Position numbers and translations under genes: made by a program
The notes under the pieces: model-generated
Database searches by the model: none
What the model was told of the DNA's origin: nothing
The model's input: the letters and a program-made list of their open reading frames with translations, nothing else
Shown: positions 48,327-57,295 of the stretch, piece after piece
Layout: each line of letters starts with the position of its first letter
Numbering within the stretch: the first letter of the stretch is position 1
Assembly: GCA_045639705.1 (NCBI GenBank)
Contig: JAZUDP010000159.1
Coordinates: forward strand, 335 to 64,334
Origin: Acutalibacteraceae bacterium
GTDB taxonomy: Bacteria; Bacillota; Clostridia; Oscillospirales; Acutalibacteraceae
DNA length: 64,000 nucleotides
Reading direction: 5' to 3'

Positions 48327-48402
48327 TGGTGAGGACGAAGGGACTCGAACCCGTGACACCTTGCACGTCAAGCAAGTACTCTACCAACTGAGCTACGCCC
48401 TC
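48327..48402 (-). tRNA. tRNA-Val (anticodon GAC), CCA encoded
   Basis: Hand-folded cloverleaf of 76 nt. The acceptor stem is GAGGGCG/CGTCCTC and the D arm is GCTC-AGTTGGTA-GAGT. The anticodon arm is CTTGC-TTGACGT-GCAAG. The T arm is ACGGG-TTCGAGT-CCCTT, with one C-U mismatch at 50:64. Confidence 0.85.
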
Positions 48403-48476
48403 ATATGTTGTGATTATATCACATGAATTCGTATTTGTAAAGAAGTTTAATTCAATTATTACAAAGAATTTTTTAC

Positions 48477-48505
48477 TTGATTTTTTCTTTTATATATAGT
48501 AGAAT
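48477..48505 (+). promoter_or_regulatory. Putative sigma-A promoter of nhaC
   Basis: TTGATT, 17 nt, TAGAAT. A 14-bp perfect palindrome, TGCGTTTAAACGCA (48515-48528), lies between the -10 and the Shine-Dalgarno. Confidence 0.45.
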
Positions 48506-48550
48506 ACCATTTGCTGCGTTTAAACGCAATTTATCAAATCGGAGGAAATT

Positions 48551-49870
48551 ATGAAAAAAGGAAACATAAAAGCACTGCTCCCTATCGGCGTTTTTCTTGT
48601 GCTTTATCTCGGACTCGGTATACTCTTTGAATACGTTATGAAAATTGAAATGGGATTTTATAATATTCCCATTGTTGTTGCATTTCTCGTTGCGCTGCTT
48701 ACCGCATGCATTCAGAACCCAAAGCTTAAATTTGACGATAAAATCAGAATCATGGGCGAAGGCGTCGGCGACCCCAATATAATCACAATGATTCTCATTT
48801 TCCTTGAGGCAGGCATATTTGTCGGCGTTGTAGGCCGCGGAAGTGCGGAAAGCGTCGCATATTTCATGCTCTCTGTCATTCCTGCTAAGTTTGCCGTTGC
48901 CGTCCTTTTCGTTGTCAGCTGTTTTGTTTCAACAGCTATGGGTACATCGGTCGGCACAATCACGCTAATCACTCCCATTGCTGTAGCTGTTGCCGATGCT
49001 TCGGGCTTCGGACTTCCGCTCTGTGTTGCTTCCGTTATGGGCGGCGCAATGTTCGGCGACAACCTCTCATTCATTTCAGATACAACTATTGCCGCATGCA
49101 ACGGTCAGGGCTGTAAAATGAAGGATAAATTCCGCGAGAATTTTGCAATTGCTCTTCCCGCGGCAATTCTCACTCTTGTACTTATTTTTGTACTTTCGCT
49201 TAAGAGCAACATCACCGGCACTGTTAACGAGGAATACAGCCTTATTCAGATTATCCCCTATATTCTTGTTCTCATCGGCGGAATCACAGGCATCAATGTC
49301 TTTGTTGTACTGCTTGCCGGTATCGTTTCGGGTTCCGTAATCATGCTTGCGACCGGAGCAACCGCTGCAACCGACCTGCTTGCAAATATGGGAACGGGCG
49401 CTTCGGGTATGTTTGAGACAGCCATGGTTGCCGTTCTTGTTTCTGCCATTTGCTCGCTTATCCGTGAATACGGCGGATTCGACGCTCTGCTTAACGGAAT
49501 CCACAGGATATTCAAGGGCAAGAAAGGCGGTCAGCTCGGTATGGGTCTGCTTGTAGGCGCAATGGATATCGCTACAGCCAACAACACAGTCGCAATAGTT
49601 ATGGCAAATCCCATTGCAAAGGAAATGTCGGAAACATATAATATTTCCAACAAAAAAGCCGCCTCGCTGCTTGATACCTTCTCCTGCATTTTCCAGGGAG
49701 TAATTCCCTACGGCGCACAGATGCTTGTCGCTCTTTCGGCGGCAAATATCGACGGTCACAAGCTTTCGGCTTTTCAGATTATGCCCCAGCTTTTCTACCC
49801 GTTCACGCTTCTTATCAGCTCGCTTGTATTCATCTTTATTATTCCCGAAAAAGGAAACAGGACCAAATAA
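48551..49870 (+). CDS. nhaC: Na+/H+ antiporter, NhaC family
   Basis: 439 aa, polytopic, with ~11-12 TM helices. The length and topology match my recollection of NhaC-family proteins; no specific motif was checked. Confidence 0.8.
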   Translation: MKKGNIKALLPIGVFLVLYLGLGILFEYVMKIEMGFYNIPIVVAFLVALLTACIQNPKLKFDDKIRIMGEGVGDPNIITMILIFLEAGIFVGVVGRGSAESVAYFMLSVIPAKFAVAVLFVVSCFVSTAMGTSVGTITLITPIAVAVADASGFGLPLCVASVMGGAMFGDNLSFISDTTIAACNGQGCKMKDKFRENFAIALPAAILTLVLIFVLSLKSNITGTVNEEYSLIQIIPYILVLIGGITGINVFVVLLAGIVSGSVIMLATGATAATDLLANMGTGASGMFETAMVAVLVSAICSLIREYGGFDALLNGIHRIFKGKKGGQLGMGLLVGAMDIATANNTVAIVMANPIAKEMSETYNISNKKAASLLDTFSCIFQGVIPYGAQMLVALSAANIDGHKLSAFQIMPQLFYPFTLLISSLVFIFIIPEKGNRTK

Positions 49871-49876
49871 AAAATG

Positions 49877-49909
49877 CTCCTGCGGTTGAGTAAGCCGCAG
49901 GAGTTTTTC
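49877..49909. terminator. Bidirectional intrinsic terminator (nhaC / PfkB operon)
   Basis: CTCCTGCGG-N9-CCGCAGGAG with T-runs on both strands. Confidence 0.65.
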
Positions 49910-49918
49910 TTTGAATTT

Positions 49919-50815
49919 TTATTTTATATCCGAATAGAACTCGTCAATGTATTTCTCAACATCGGCTCTTGTCGCCTTGTACGGACCGGGAATTTCCATT
50001 TTATTTGAAACGGTTGCCGTAGCGTAAAGAAGCGAATCCTTAATCGAATGCGTAAGACGCTCGGTATAATACGCGGCGAAGGTTGTATCTCCCCTGCCCG
50101 TTCTGCCGCTCAGGTTTCTTGCGCGGATGGGAACAGCACAGAAATCCCTGCCGTCATATACAATAACCTCTGTGTTATGGGTAATGATAACTTCCTTTGC
50201 ACCCCATGAGTAAAGAAGCTTTGCGGCTTCGTAGCGGTCGGTAAGACCTGTAAGTATTTCAGCCTCGGCGGAATCGGGCATAAGGAAATCTATGTAAGGC
50301 AGAACCTCCATTTTATCCGCCCAGTCCTCAAAAAACATGGAATGGTCAGCAAGATTGACATGACGCAGAAGCGCCTGAACATCAACGGCGACTCTGCCGA
50401 TTTTCGCGGCATCCTTAATCATCCCGCTTGTGAAATCACCGTAAAGCAGACCTGCAAAATGATAGATATCGGCGTCGATGCCCTCGGGAATATCGTCAAT
50501 TGTGAAAGGAGTTCCCACGCTCGCGCAGGCACATTTTCTGCGTTCCTTGTCAGCGGTAAAATACTGATTTTCCATTGTGCAGGAGGACTCAGCCTCAATA
50601 GCGTAAAGGTCTTCTTCGGGAATTGTAAAATATGTAAGTCTTTCTTTATCGGCAGGATTTATTTTTGTAACAGCCGCGACCTTATGACCGAGAGCGTATG
50701 CGGAGGCTGACGAATATATAACGGCTCCGCCGATTGCCGTTGTTTCGTTGCCGAGATAATCGGTGTCATGGTCCATTGTTACATGTCCGATAATAATTGA
50801 TTCATAATGTTTCAT
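49919..50815 (-). CDS. PfkB-family carbohydrate kinase
   Basis: The N-terminal GG motif is TAIGGAVIYSS. The C-terminal anion-hole-like region is GRTGRGDTTFAAY. Confidence 0.85.
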   Translation of the reverse strand: MKHYESIIIGHVTMDHDTDYLGNETTAIGGAVIYSSASAYALGHKVAAVTKINPADKERLTYFTIPEEDLYAIEAESSCTMENQYFTADKERRKCACASVGTPFTIDDIPEGIDADIYHFAGLLYGDFTSGMIKDAAKIGRVAVDVQALLRHVNLADHSMFFEDWADKMEVLPYIDFLMPDSAEAEILTGLTDRYEAAKLLYSWGAKEVIITHNTEVIVYDGRDFCAVPIRARNLSGRTGRGDTTFAAYYTERLTHSIKDSLLYATATVSNKMEIPGPYKATRADVEKYIDEFYSDIK

Positions 50816-50834
50816 AAAAAAGCTCCTTTATATA

Positions 50835-51800
50835 TCAGAATTTAAGTTCTTTTCCGTATTCAGCAGTTATACTGTCAAGGACAGTCTGAAGCGAAAGCCG
50901 TCCCGCAAAGGATTCCATACTGAGAAAATCCCCGTTAAAAAATTTCGGGTCGGAAATATCGGTATTATCCATACAGAGGAACAGCTCGCCGCTGCCGTTG
51001 TAATAAAAGCACCAGATGTCATCAACGGTTTTACCGAAGAAAACAGTTTCGCCCGTTTCTTCAAGAACATAATGAACCTCGGTATTGTTCTGCTCTTCTC
51101 CGCTGTATCTTGCAACAATATTTTCATTTGCAACCTTTTCGCACATCCAGTATCCGTCCGGCAGATAAACAAGAATAAACATTGTCTTTTCTTTTTTATC
51201 AAAAGCAAGATATGCCTCTTCCTCGTCATCACCTGCATCGGCAAAGAAAAAGCTGTCGTTTTCCGCAGTAATCTCACTGAGTGACGAATCGGCAGAGGAA
51301 AGCCTGCAGCCGGTAATGCCGTAAACCTTTTCGGCAAATTCCCGCTCGCCCATTTCGGTATATTCAAGCGTTTTTGCGTCCGCAATCATGCTTTTCATTT
51401 TGTCACTGTCAACCGCCGAAAGCTTCGATGCGATTCTCCCCTCGTCAGCAAGCTTTTTAAGCGCGGGGTCGGGAGTATCGGATGTAACCGCAGCGGTTGC
51501 CGCTTCTGTCGGCGAAGCTTCGCCGTTAATACCGTTTTCCTGCGGACTGCGTTCTGCAAGCCAGTACATTCCCGCCGCAATAACGGCAACGAACAGAATC
51601 GCCGCAATTATTATTCCGATATGCGGTTTCTTTTTTTCCTTATCCGCCGTTTTTGAATCAGTGCCGTCAATCCACGGTGTTTTTTTAACCTTCCTGTTAA
51701 GATAAGGCTGTTCTGGCGGGTCGGCAGGCTTACCGCATTTCGGACAGATTCTCGCAGTATCCTTTATTTCCTCACCGCAGTTTTTACAGGTTTTGGACAT
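50835..51800 (-). CDS. Zinc-ribbon / single-pass membrane protein with ~230-aa extracytoplasmic domain
   Basis: CKNCGEEI...CPKCG zinc ribbon, a Lys/Pro-rich linker, one TM helix (IGIIIAAILFVAVIAAGMYWL), and a C-terminal domain of unknown family. Confidence 0.65.
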   Translation of the reverse strand: MSKTCKNCGEEIKDTARICPKCGKPADPPEQPYLNRKVKKTPWIDGTDSKTADKEKKKPHIGIIIAAILFVAVIAAGMYWLAERSPQENGINGEASPTEAATAAVTSDTPDPALKKLADEGRIASKLSAVDSDKMKSMIADAKTLEYTEMGEREFAEKVYGITGCRLSSADSSLSEITAENDSFFFADAGDDEEEAYLAFDKKEKTMFILVYLPDGYWMCEKVANENIVARYSGEEQNNTEVHYVLEETGETVFFGKTVDDIWCFYYNGSGELFLCMDNTDISDPKFFNGDFLSMESFAGRLSLQTVLDSITAEYGKELKF

Positions 51801-51810
51801 AAGTGTCTCC

Positions 51811-53754
51811 TTAATATTTCAGTTCGGGCTTGTACGCGTCGGCAAGATAAACCGAAAGCTCGTTGTGTCTGCCGTACCAGAGAATATTTCTCGCGTAATT
51901 CTCCCAGGTAAGCTCAACGGAATTCTTAACAGTAAGCTCGGTTCTGCGTTTTTCAAGCTCAACCGGCTCGCCGTAAAGGAATTTTGTAAAATACGAAGCA
52001 AAATCATATTCGGAAACGATTTTTTCAACAGGACGCTCCGGATGATAGATTACAAGCTTCTGGAAATTAAGAAGCTCCTTCATTTCATCGTCCGCTTCCG
52101 TTCCCGTAAGCTCAGCGACAAAATCAGAGAACTCATCAAAAAGCTCGTCATAGCTGATTATGCAGCGCAGGAAAAGAAGGTCATCCATTTCATAGTTGAT
52201 TGTACCGAAGCGTGAATCACACTGTCCGAGAGATGATTTACCGTTATAAATATCCCTGATATGGTCGGAAATTGATTTGAAGGCCGTATGCAGCACGCCG
52301 TCGGTCTTTTCGGCATATTCAATCAGAGAAGCGTAGAATTTCTTATATGAAATATCCTTCTCCTTATAAAGATAAATCGAAAGGAAACGGGTAAGGCCGA
52401 GCATATGCATAGCCTGAACCGTTACGGCGAAAAGATAGGAATAGCAGAAGCCCTCCTTATCCATTGAATCCATTTCACAGATTGTCTTTGCGTATTCAAA
52501 TACGCCCGCGTCATCTTCATCCTCGCTTGAATGATAAAGAATAAACGGAACATCAACTGTTTTAAGTCCGAATTTTTCGGTGTATTCCTTACTTCCCATT
52601 ATGGAATTCGGAAGCCACTCGCAGGGATAAACGTTGAGCGTCTTATGCTGTCCGCCGACAAGAAGAGTATTGATACCGTCAGCAAAGCTTTCTTTTGTCT
52701 CGCCGGGAAGTCCGAGAATAAGCTCGGTATATGTCTGAATATCCTCCTCGTTGCAGAAGGTTATCAGCTTGTTGAAATATCCTATATCAAGGTTGCTTCT
52801 GCCGATATTCTTAAGCACCTCGGGATTAAGGCTCTGGAATGAAAGCGTCTGAGCCTTGCCGAGTCCGCTGTGGCTGATAAGACGGCTGACCTCCATAACC
52901 TGGTCAAGACGAGCCTTCGAGAAATTGACCTTGAATTTTTTCGGGCAGCCTGTTTCGTTGTGAATGCGAATCATTTCACGGGTTATTTCAATATCCCTCT
53001 CGAAAAGACCGAAATTTGCGTCGGCACCGTAAATATATTCGATTCCGTTTGCGCCGAACCATTCAAGCTCAGCCATGACTCTCTCCATGGAGAACATTCT
53101 AACCTTGCTCCTGAGCTTGCCCCAGTCGCAGAATGCGCACTGATTTGGACAGCCGCGGTTGGTTTCAAATATCGCCGCAAAATCATAGTCATCGCCGAGA
53201 ATACAGTCAAAAGTTCCGCTTGTATACGGTGACGGGAAATCGAAAAAACTGTAGAATTCTCTTTCGTTGTTGATTATCTTATCGCCGTCACGGTAGGAAA
53301 TGTTCGGAATATCCTTAAGCTCGCGCTCGCCGAGAAAAGCCTCGAGCAGCTGCTTGAATACAATCTCGCCCTCGCCGTGCATAAGAATATCAGCCTCGGG
53401 GCATTTTTCAAGCATGGCGCCGTCGGAAGGAACATTGTGACCGCCGAAAGCAATAATGCAGTCGGGATATTTTTCCCTTACGCGCTTAGCAAGAGCCTTG
53501 TTGTATTCAGTATTCCACGTTGTGCATGAAAAAGCGCAGATAAAAGGACTGTCAAGCTTTTCCATCGCCTTATCGAGATTCATTCTTGTGTAAATAAATC
53601 CGCCGAATTTATACTCTGAGCAGATTTTTTCATCGCTGAACGCATAAGCGGCAATACAGCCCGTCGCGTAGGGCAGATAAACACTCTTGGATTTTTCACC
53701 GCAGACAACTGAATTTGCCTGAATGAAATAAACATTTTTCAGCATTTTTGTCAT
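51811..53754 (-). CDS. B12-binding-domain radical SAM protein (class B-like), 647 aa
   Basis: The N-terminal cobalamin-binding-type Rossmann region is ...FSCTTWN...IAFGGHNVPSD... The radical SAM cluster motif is RGCPNQCAFCDWG. A ~200-aa C-terminal extension belongs to no family I recognise. Confidence 0.88.
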   Translation of the reverse strand: MTKMLKNVYFIQANSVVCGEKSKSVYLPYATGCIAAYAFSDEKICSEYKFGGFIYTRMNLDKAMEKLDSPFICAFSCTTWNTEYNKALAKRVREKYPDCIIAFGGHNVPSDGAMLEKCPEADILMHGEGEIVFKQLLEAFLGERELKDIPNISYRDGDKIINNEREFYSFFDFPSPYTSGTFDCILGDDYDFAAIFETNRGCPNQCAFCDWGKLRSKVRMFSMERVMAELEWFGANGIEYIYGADANFGLFERDIEITREMIRIHNETGCPKKFKVNFSKARLDQVMEVSRLISHSGLGKAQTLSFQSLNPEVLKNIGRSNLDIGYFNKLITFCNEEDIQTYTELILGLPGETKESFADGINTLLVGGQHKTLNVYPCEWLPNSIMGSKEYTEKFGLKTVDVPFILYHSSEDEDDAGVFEYAKTICEMDSMDKEGFCYSYLFAVTVQAMHMLGLTRFLSIYLYKEKDISYKKFYASLIEYAEKTDGVLHTAFKSISDHIRDIYNGKSSLGQCDSRFGTINYEMDDLLFLRCIISYDELFDEFSDFVAELTGTEADDEMKELLNFQKLVIYHPERPVEKIVSEYDFASYFTKFLYGEPVELEKRRTELTVKNSVELTWENYARNILWYGRHNELSVYLADAYKPELKY

Positions 53755-53788
53755 TCCCTTTATGTTTAGTAAAATAAAAATTCATAAT

Positions 53789-53817
53789 ATTATATAATAT
53801 ATGGATTTATAAGTCAA
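53789..53817 (-). promoter_or_regulatory. Near-consensus sigma-A promoter of the radical SAM operon
   Basis: On the minus strand: TTGACT, 17 nt, TATAAT. Confidence 0.55.
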
Positions 53818-53880
53818 ATACTTAAATTCATATTTTGATTTTTTGTCTTAAAATCATGCTGCTCTTAACCCGAATAACGC

Positions 53881-53912
53881 AAAAAATCAGGGCCCTTAAG
53901 CCCTGATTTTTT
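53881..53912 (-). terminator. Intrinsic terminator after the 729-aa gene
   Basis: ATCAGGGC-CCTTAA-GCCCTGAT flanked by A- and T-runs. Confidence 0.6.
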
Positions 53913-53915
53913 ATT

Positions 53916-56105
53916 TTATGCTTTTGTGAACCGATATTCCGCAATCATGAAGCCTTCTGTCGGCTCGGTTATCTCAAGCTCCGCACAGCCGTTGCAGATA
54001 AGCTCTGCGGGGATATCATAAACAACGCTCATAAAGCCGTTTGCAAGATATTTCTTCTCATAGGCTTCGTCTCTTACTCCGCCGAACTGACCGCCGTCAT
54101 GGATAATATTTCCGTTAATGCTCAGCTTGTGATGATTGATTTCCTCATCAATCCGCCTGCACATATATGTGATTCTCAGCTTATAAGCTCCGCCTGTAAG
54201 ACCCGCAACCTTTGTTTTAAAGTTGAAATGATCATAAACCTTTGTCATGCACATGGGAATTTCGGCATTTCTGTTGCTGTCGCCCTGGAAATTCATATAG
54301 AACTCCCCTTCCTGTCTGCCGCAGACCTCAAAGCCGTGGTCAGCGAAGGAGAAATAATATTCGTCTGTTTCAACACTGTTTCTGTTGAAATAATCAAGCG
54401 CATTTTCCGGGTCAGCTTCAAGCTTGCCGAGAAGCCATGTTCTGTCGGTGACGGGGTTGTCTATTGTGTCAAGAGTACAGCCTCTCTCCCACGCCATGCC
54501 GCCGAAATGCTCAACATCAAGCTGAATACCGATAAGCTCAAACAGCTTCTGAGCAAGCGGGAACAGCCTTGCGCGCATCTCTTTATATTCATCTGTAAAA
54601 TCGGTTCTGAGAACAGTCTTTGCGCTCTCAGCGTCACCGAGAACCGCAAACTGCTTTGCCTCAGCAATAAGGCCAAGCTCGAACAGGCGTCTGTCACGGA
54701 CGATTTTATCACAGTACGCTCTGAAAAGGTGAAGCTGGAAACGCCAGTTTCCTGCAAGCTCGGGATGCTTTGCTTCAAGCTCGCGGAAGCCTTTATATGT
54801 AACATCTACGGATGCGTTTTCAGCAGGGTCGCATTCCCAGTTTTCCTCGAGTCCGAGAAGCAGCTCCGTAAGCGTTTCGACATCCACACCGCAGAAAAAG
54901 GTGCGTACATAGTCGCGTATGCTTTCTCTTAAGTCACAGTTGAAATCAAAATCCATCGCAGACCAGACAAATTTATTAAGGTCATCGTTAACGCCCTCGG
55001 AGTAGCTGACCGAGCCGCAGACATAAGGTCTGATAAATCTGTGATGGGTTCTGTATTCCTTCGGACGAGGATTTACAGATTCGCGGCTGAGAGTTGAAGC
55101 GAAGGCAAAATGCCAGTCGTCCTGCTGATAATGAACGGGAACCTCACAGCGGACATTGTGCGTAATATCGGGATAATAGCGGAACGGATAACGCTTGTCT
55201 ATTCTTCTGCGCAGTTCGTCAAGAGGCATAGCGTGATTCGGCCCGAAAATAATACCGTCAATCTCTTCGGGAAGCTCGGCCATTTTCTTAACAAAGCGCT
55301 CGCCCCAGTCGGGATAACAGTGCGGAGCCTGTGCCGAGGGCATCATTTTCGCGTCGGGGAAATATTTTACAAGCTCTTTTTTCATAACCTTGCAGCGTTC
55401 CACAAAATCCTCAGCCTGCAGGTCGCCGGGGTCACCGCCGGGAGGGAAAAGAACATTCATTTTGCAAAGTGCGCCGTATGTCTCGCGAAGCTCCTCAAGT
55501 GTTTCCTCATCGGTTTTATCCTTTGAAAGCGGATGCCATACAGAAAAGTCAAGGTCAAGCTCGTCACAGGTAATTGCATTAAGACGCATTGCCTCGCGGC
55601 GTGTGTAATGCATCAGTTTGTTTTCCTCGCCCTTGCCGCCTGAATCGCTTTCAAAAGTATTATTTCCGAACAGCATAAGGTCGATAAAATACTGTCTGAA
55701 CTGCTCCTTTGTCCATGCGTCATATGTATTGTTCATATCGGTGTAGCTGAGCTGATGTCCTCTTTCGGTAAAGGAAGGAGAATATTCACCGGTAAGATTT
55801 CGTGTGAGAGTAATTTTTCCATCCTTTATTTCGCTCTTGCGGATAAACAGACCTGCGCCGTAAATCAGCGCACGGAAACGGCACGCCGTAATTGTGATTT
55901 CGCCGTTTTTATGGGATACAGTGTATTTTTCGCTTTTATCCTTTTCGCCGATAACAAATTCAACATAGCTTCCGTCGTGCTTCTCTTTGCAGATTTCGGG
56001 AGCCTTTCCCGTTCTCTTTTTTATTTCATCGGCAAACAACAAGGCGGCTTTTTCCTCAGTTTCGCCCGATGCAACAATATAAAAATCGCTGAAATCGTAT
56101 TTCAT
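53916..56105 (-). CDS. Hypothetical 729-aa cytoplasmic protein (possibly glycoside-hydrolase-like fold with C-terminal beta-sandwich)
   Basis: Long uninterrupted ORF with no signal peptide or TM helix. The N-terminus ...FYIVASGETEEKAALLFADEIKKRTG... resembles the N-terminal domain style of GH20/GH67/GH115-type enzymes. This is a weak impression only. Confidence 0.55.
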   Translation of the reverse strand: MKYDFSDFYIVASGETEEKAALLFADEIKKRTGKAPEICKEKHDGSYVEFVIGEKDKSEKYTVSHKNGEITITACRFRALIYGAGLFIRKSEIKDGKITLTRNLTGEYSPSFTERGHQLSYTDMNNTYDAWTKEQFRQYFIDLMLFGNNTFESDSGGKGEENKLMHYTRREAMRLNAITCDELDLDFSVWHPLSKDKTDEETLEELRETYGALCKMNVLFPPGGDPGDLQAEDFVERCKVMKKELVKYFPDAKMMPSAQAPHCYPDWGERFVKKMAELPEEIDGIIFGPNHAMPLDELRRRIDKRYPFRYYPDITHNVRCEVPVHYQQDDWHFAFASTLSRESVNPRPKEYRTHHRFIRPYVCGSVSYSEGVNDDLNKFVWSAMDFDFNCDLRESIRDYVRTFFCGVDVETLTELLLGLEENWECDPAENASVDVTYKGFRELEAKHPELAGNWRFQLHLFRAYCDKIVRDRRLFELGLIAEAKQFAVLGDAESAKTVLRTDFTDEYKEMRARLFPLAQKLFELIGIQLDVEHFGGMAWERGCTLDTIDNPVTDRTWLLGKLEADPENALDYFNRNSVETDEYYFSFADHGFEVCGRQEGEFYMNFQGDSNRNAEIPMCMTKVYDHFNFKTKVAGLTGGAYKLRITYMCRRIDEEINHHKLSINGNIIHDGGQFGGVRDEAYEKKYLANGFMSVVYDIPAELICNGCAELEITEPTEGFMIAEYRFTKA

Positions 56106-56173
56106 TCAATCACAACCTTGATTATTATTTTGATTTAGTATATCATAATACAGCAGTCGGAACAATAGAAAGT

Positions 56174-57244
56174 GTGAAAATAATGACAGAAAATATTAAA
56201 GAAAAAAATGTCTGGGACTCATTGAAGGAAACCGACCTGCCGATTATTCTTTACGGCATGGGCAACGGTGCTGACATGGTTATTGATAAAATGGCCGAAA
56301 TCGGGCTGAAGCCTGACGGAATTTTCGCAAGCGACGAATTTGTACGCGGTCATTCATTCAGAGGTTACCGTGTGATGAAATATTCCGAGGTATGCGAAAA
56401 ATATGCCGATTTTGTTATAGTTATGTGCTTTGCCGTTCACGATGAGCAGACGCTTGAAAGGGTTCGCAGAATGTCAGAGGAGCATACGCTTTACGCTCCT
56501 AATGTTCCGATTGTCGACGACGGAGTTTTCACCCGTGAATTTATCGAAGAGCATGACGCGGAATTTGACAGGGCTTACTCCCTGCTTTCCGATGATTTTT
56601 CAAGGAAAAGCTATATTGATATTCTTAATTTCAAGGTAAGCGGAAAGGTCAGCTATCTTTTCGGCTGTCAGAAGGAAAAAGACGAAATCTATTCCGGTTA
56701 TCTCCATCTCAGTGACTGCGAAATATTCATGGATTTAGGCGCTTACGACGGCGACACCGTTCGTGAATTTTTAAGCGCCGTTAACGATTACAGAAAAATA
56801 ATCGCCGTGGAAGCCGATGCCAAAAACTATAAAAAGCTCACCGCAAACACTGCGGAAATAAAAAGAATCGAAACGTATAACCTCGCAGCGTGGGACAGGC
56901 GTGAAACGCTTCACTTTGAAAAAAAGAAGGGCAGAAATTCAAAGCTTTCATCATCCGGAAATGTTGAAATACAGGCAGACAGCGTCGACAGCATTCTCGG
57001 AGGCAGTGAAATAACCGTTCTGAAAATGGATATTGAGGGAAGCGAAGAAAAAGCGCTTGAGGGCGCAAGACAGACCATAATAAAATACCGCCCGAAGCTC
57101 TATGTCTGCGCATATCACCGCAACAGCGACATGTATACCCTGCCGCTGAAAATCAATGAAATCTGTCCCGGCTACAGCTTTCACTTCTGCCATCATCCCT
57201 ATATTCCCGCATGGGAGTCAAATTTTTACTGTGTTGTTGAATAA
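56174..57244 (+). CDS. FkbM-family SAM-dependent methyltransferase
   Basis: ...FMDLGAYDGDT... and ...VLKMDIEGSEEKALEGA... are FkbM signatures. The start is either GTG 56174 or ATG 56183. Confidence 0.85.
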   Translation: MKIMTENIKEKNVWDSLKETDLPIILYGMGNGADMVIDKMAEIGLKPDGIFASDEFVRGHSFRGYRVMKYSEVCEKYADFVIVMCFAVHDEQTLERVRRMSEEHTLYAPNVPIVDDGVFTREFIEEHDAEFDRAYSLLSDDFSRKSYIDILNFKVSGKVSYLFGCQKEKDEIYSGYLHLSDCEIFMDLGAYDGDTVREFLSAVNDYRKIIAVEADAKNYKKLTANTAEIKRIETYNLAAWDRRETLHFEKKKGRNSKLSSSGNVEIQADSVDSILGGSEITVLKMDIEGSEEKALEGARQTIIKYRPKLYVCAYHRNSDMYTLPLKINEICPGYSFHFCHHPYIPAWESNFYCVVE

Positions 57245-57295
57245 TGCGGTATTATGTGCTATAATTAAATTTAAGAGATTTCAGGGGATGAGGAA

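Noticed and set aside
48272-48550. A tRNA-Val locus as a possible integration hotspot or mobile-element boundary.
   Set aside because: There is no integrase, no direct repeat of the tRNA 3' end and no phage or IS genes on either side. The flanking genes are ordinary metabolic and transport genes.
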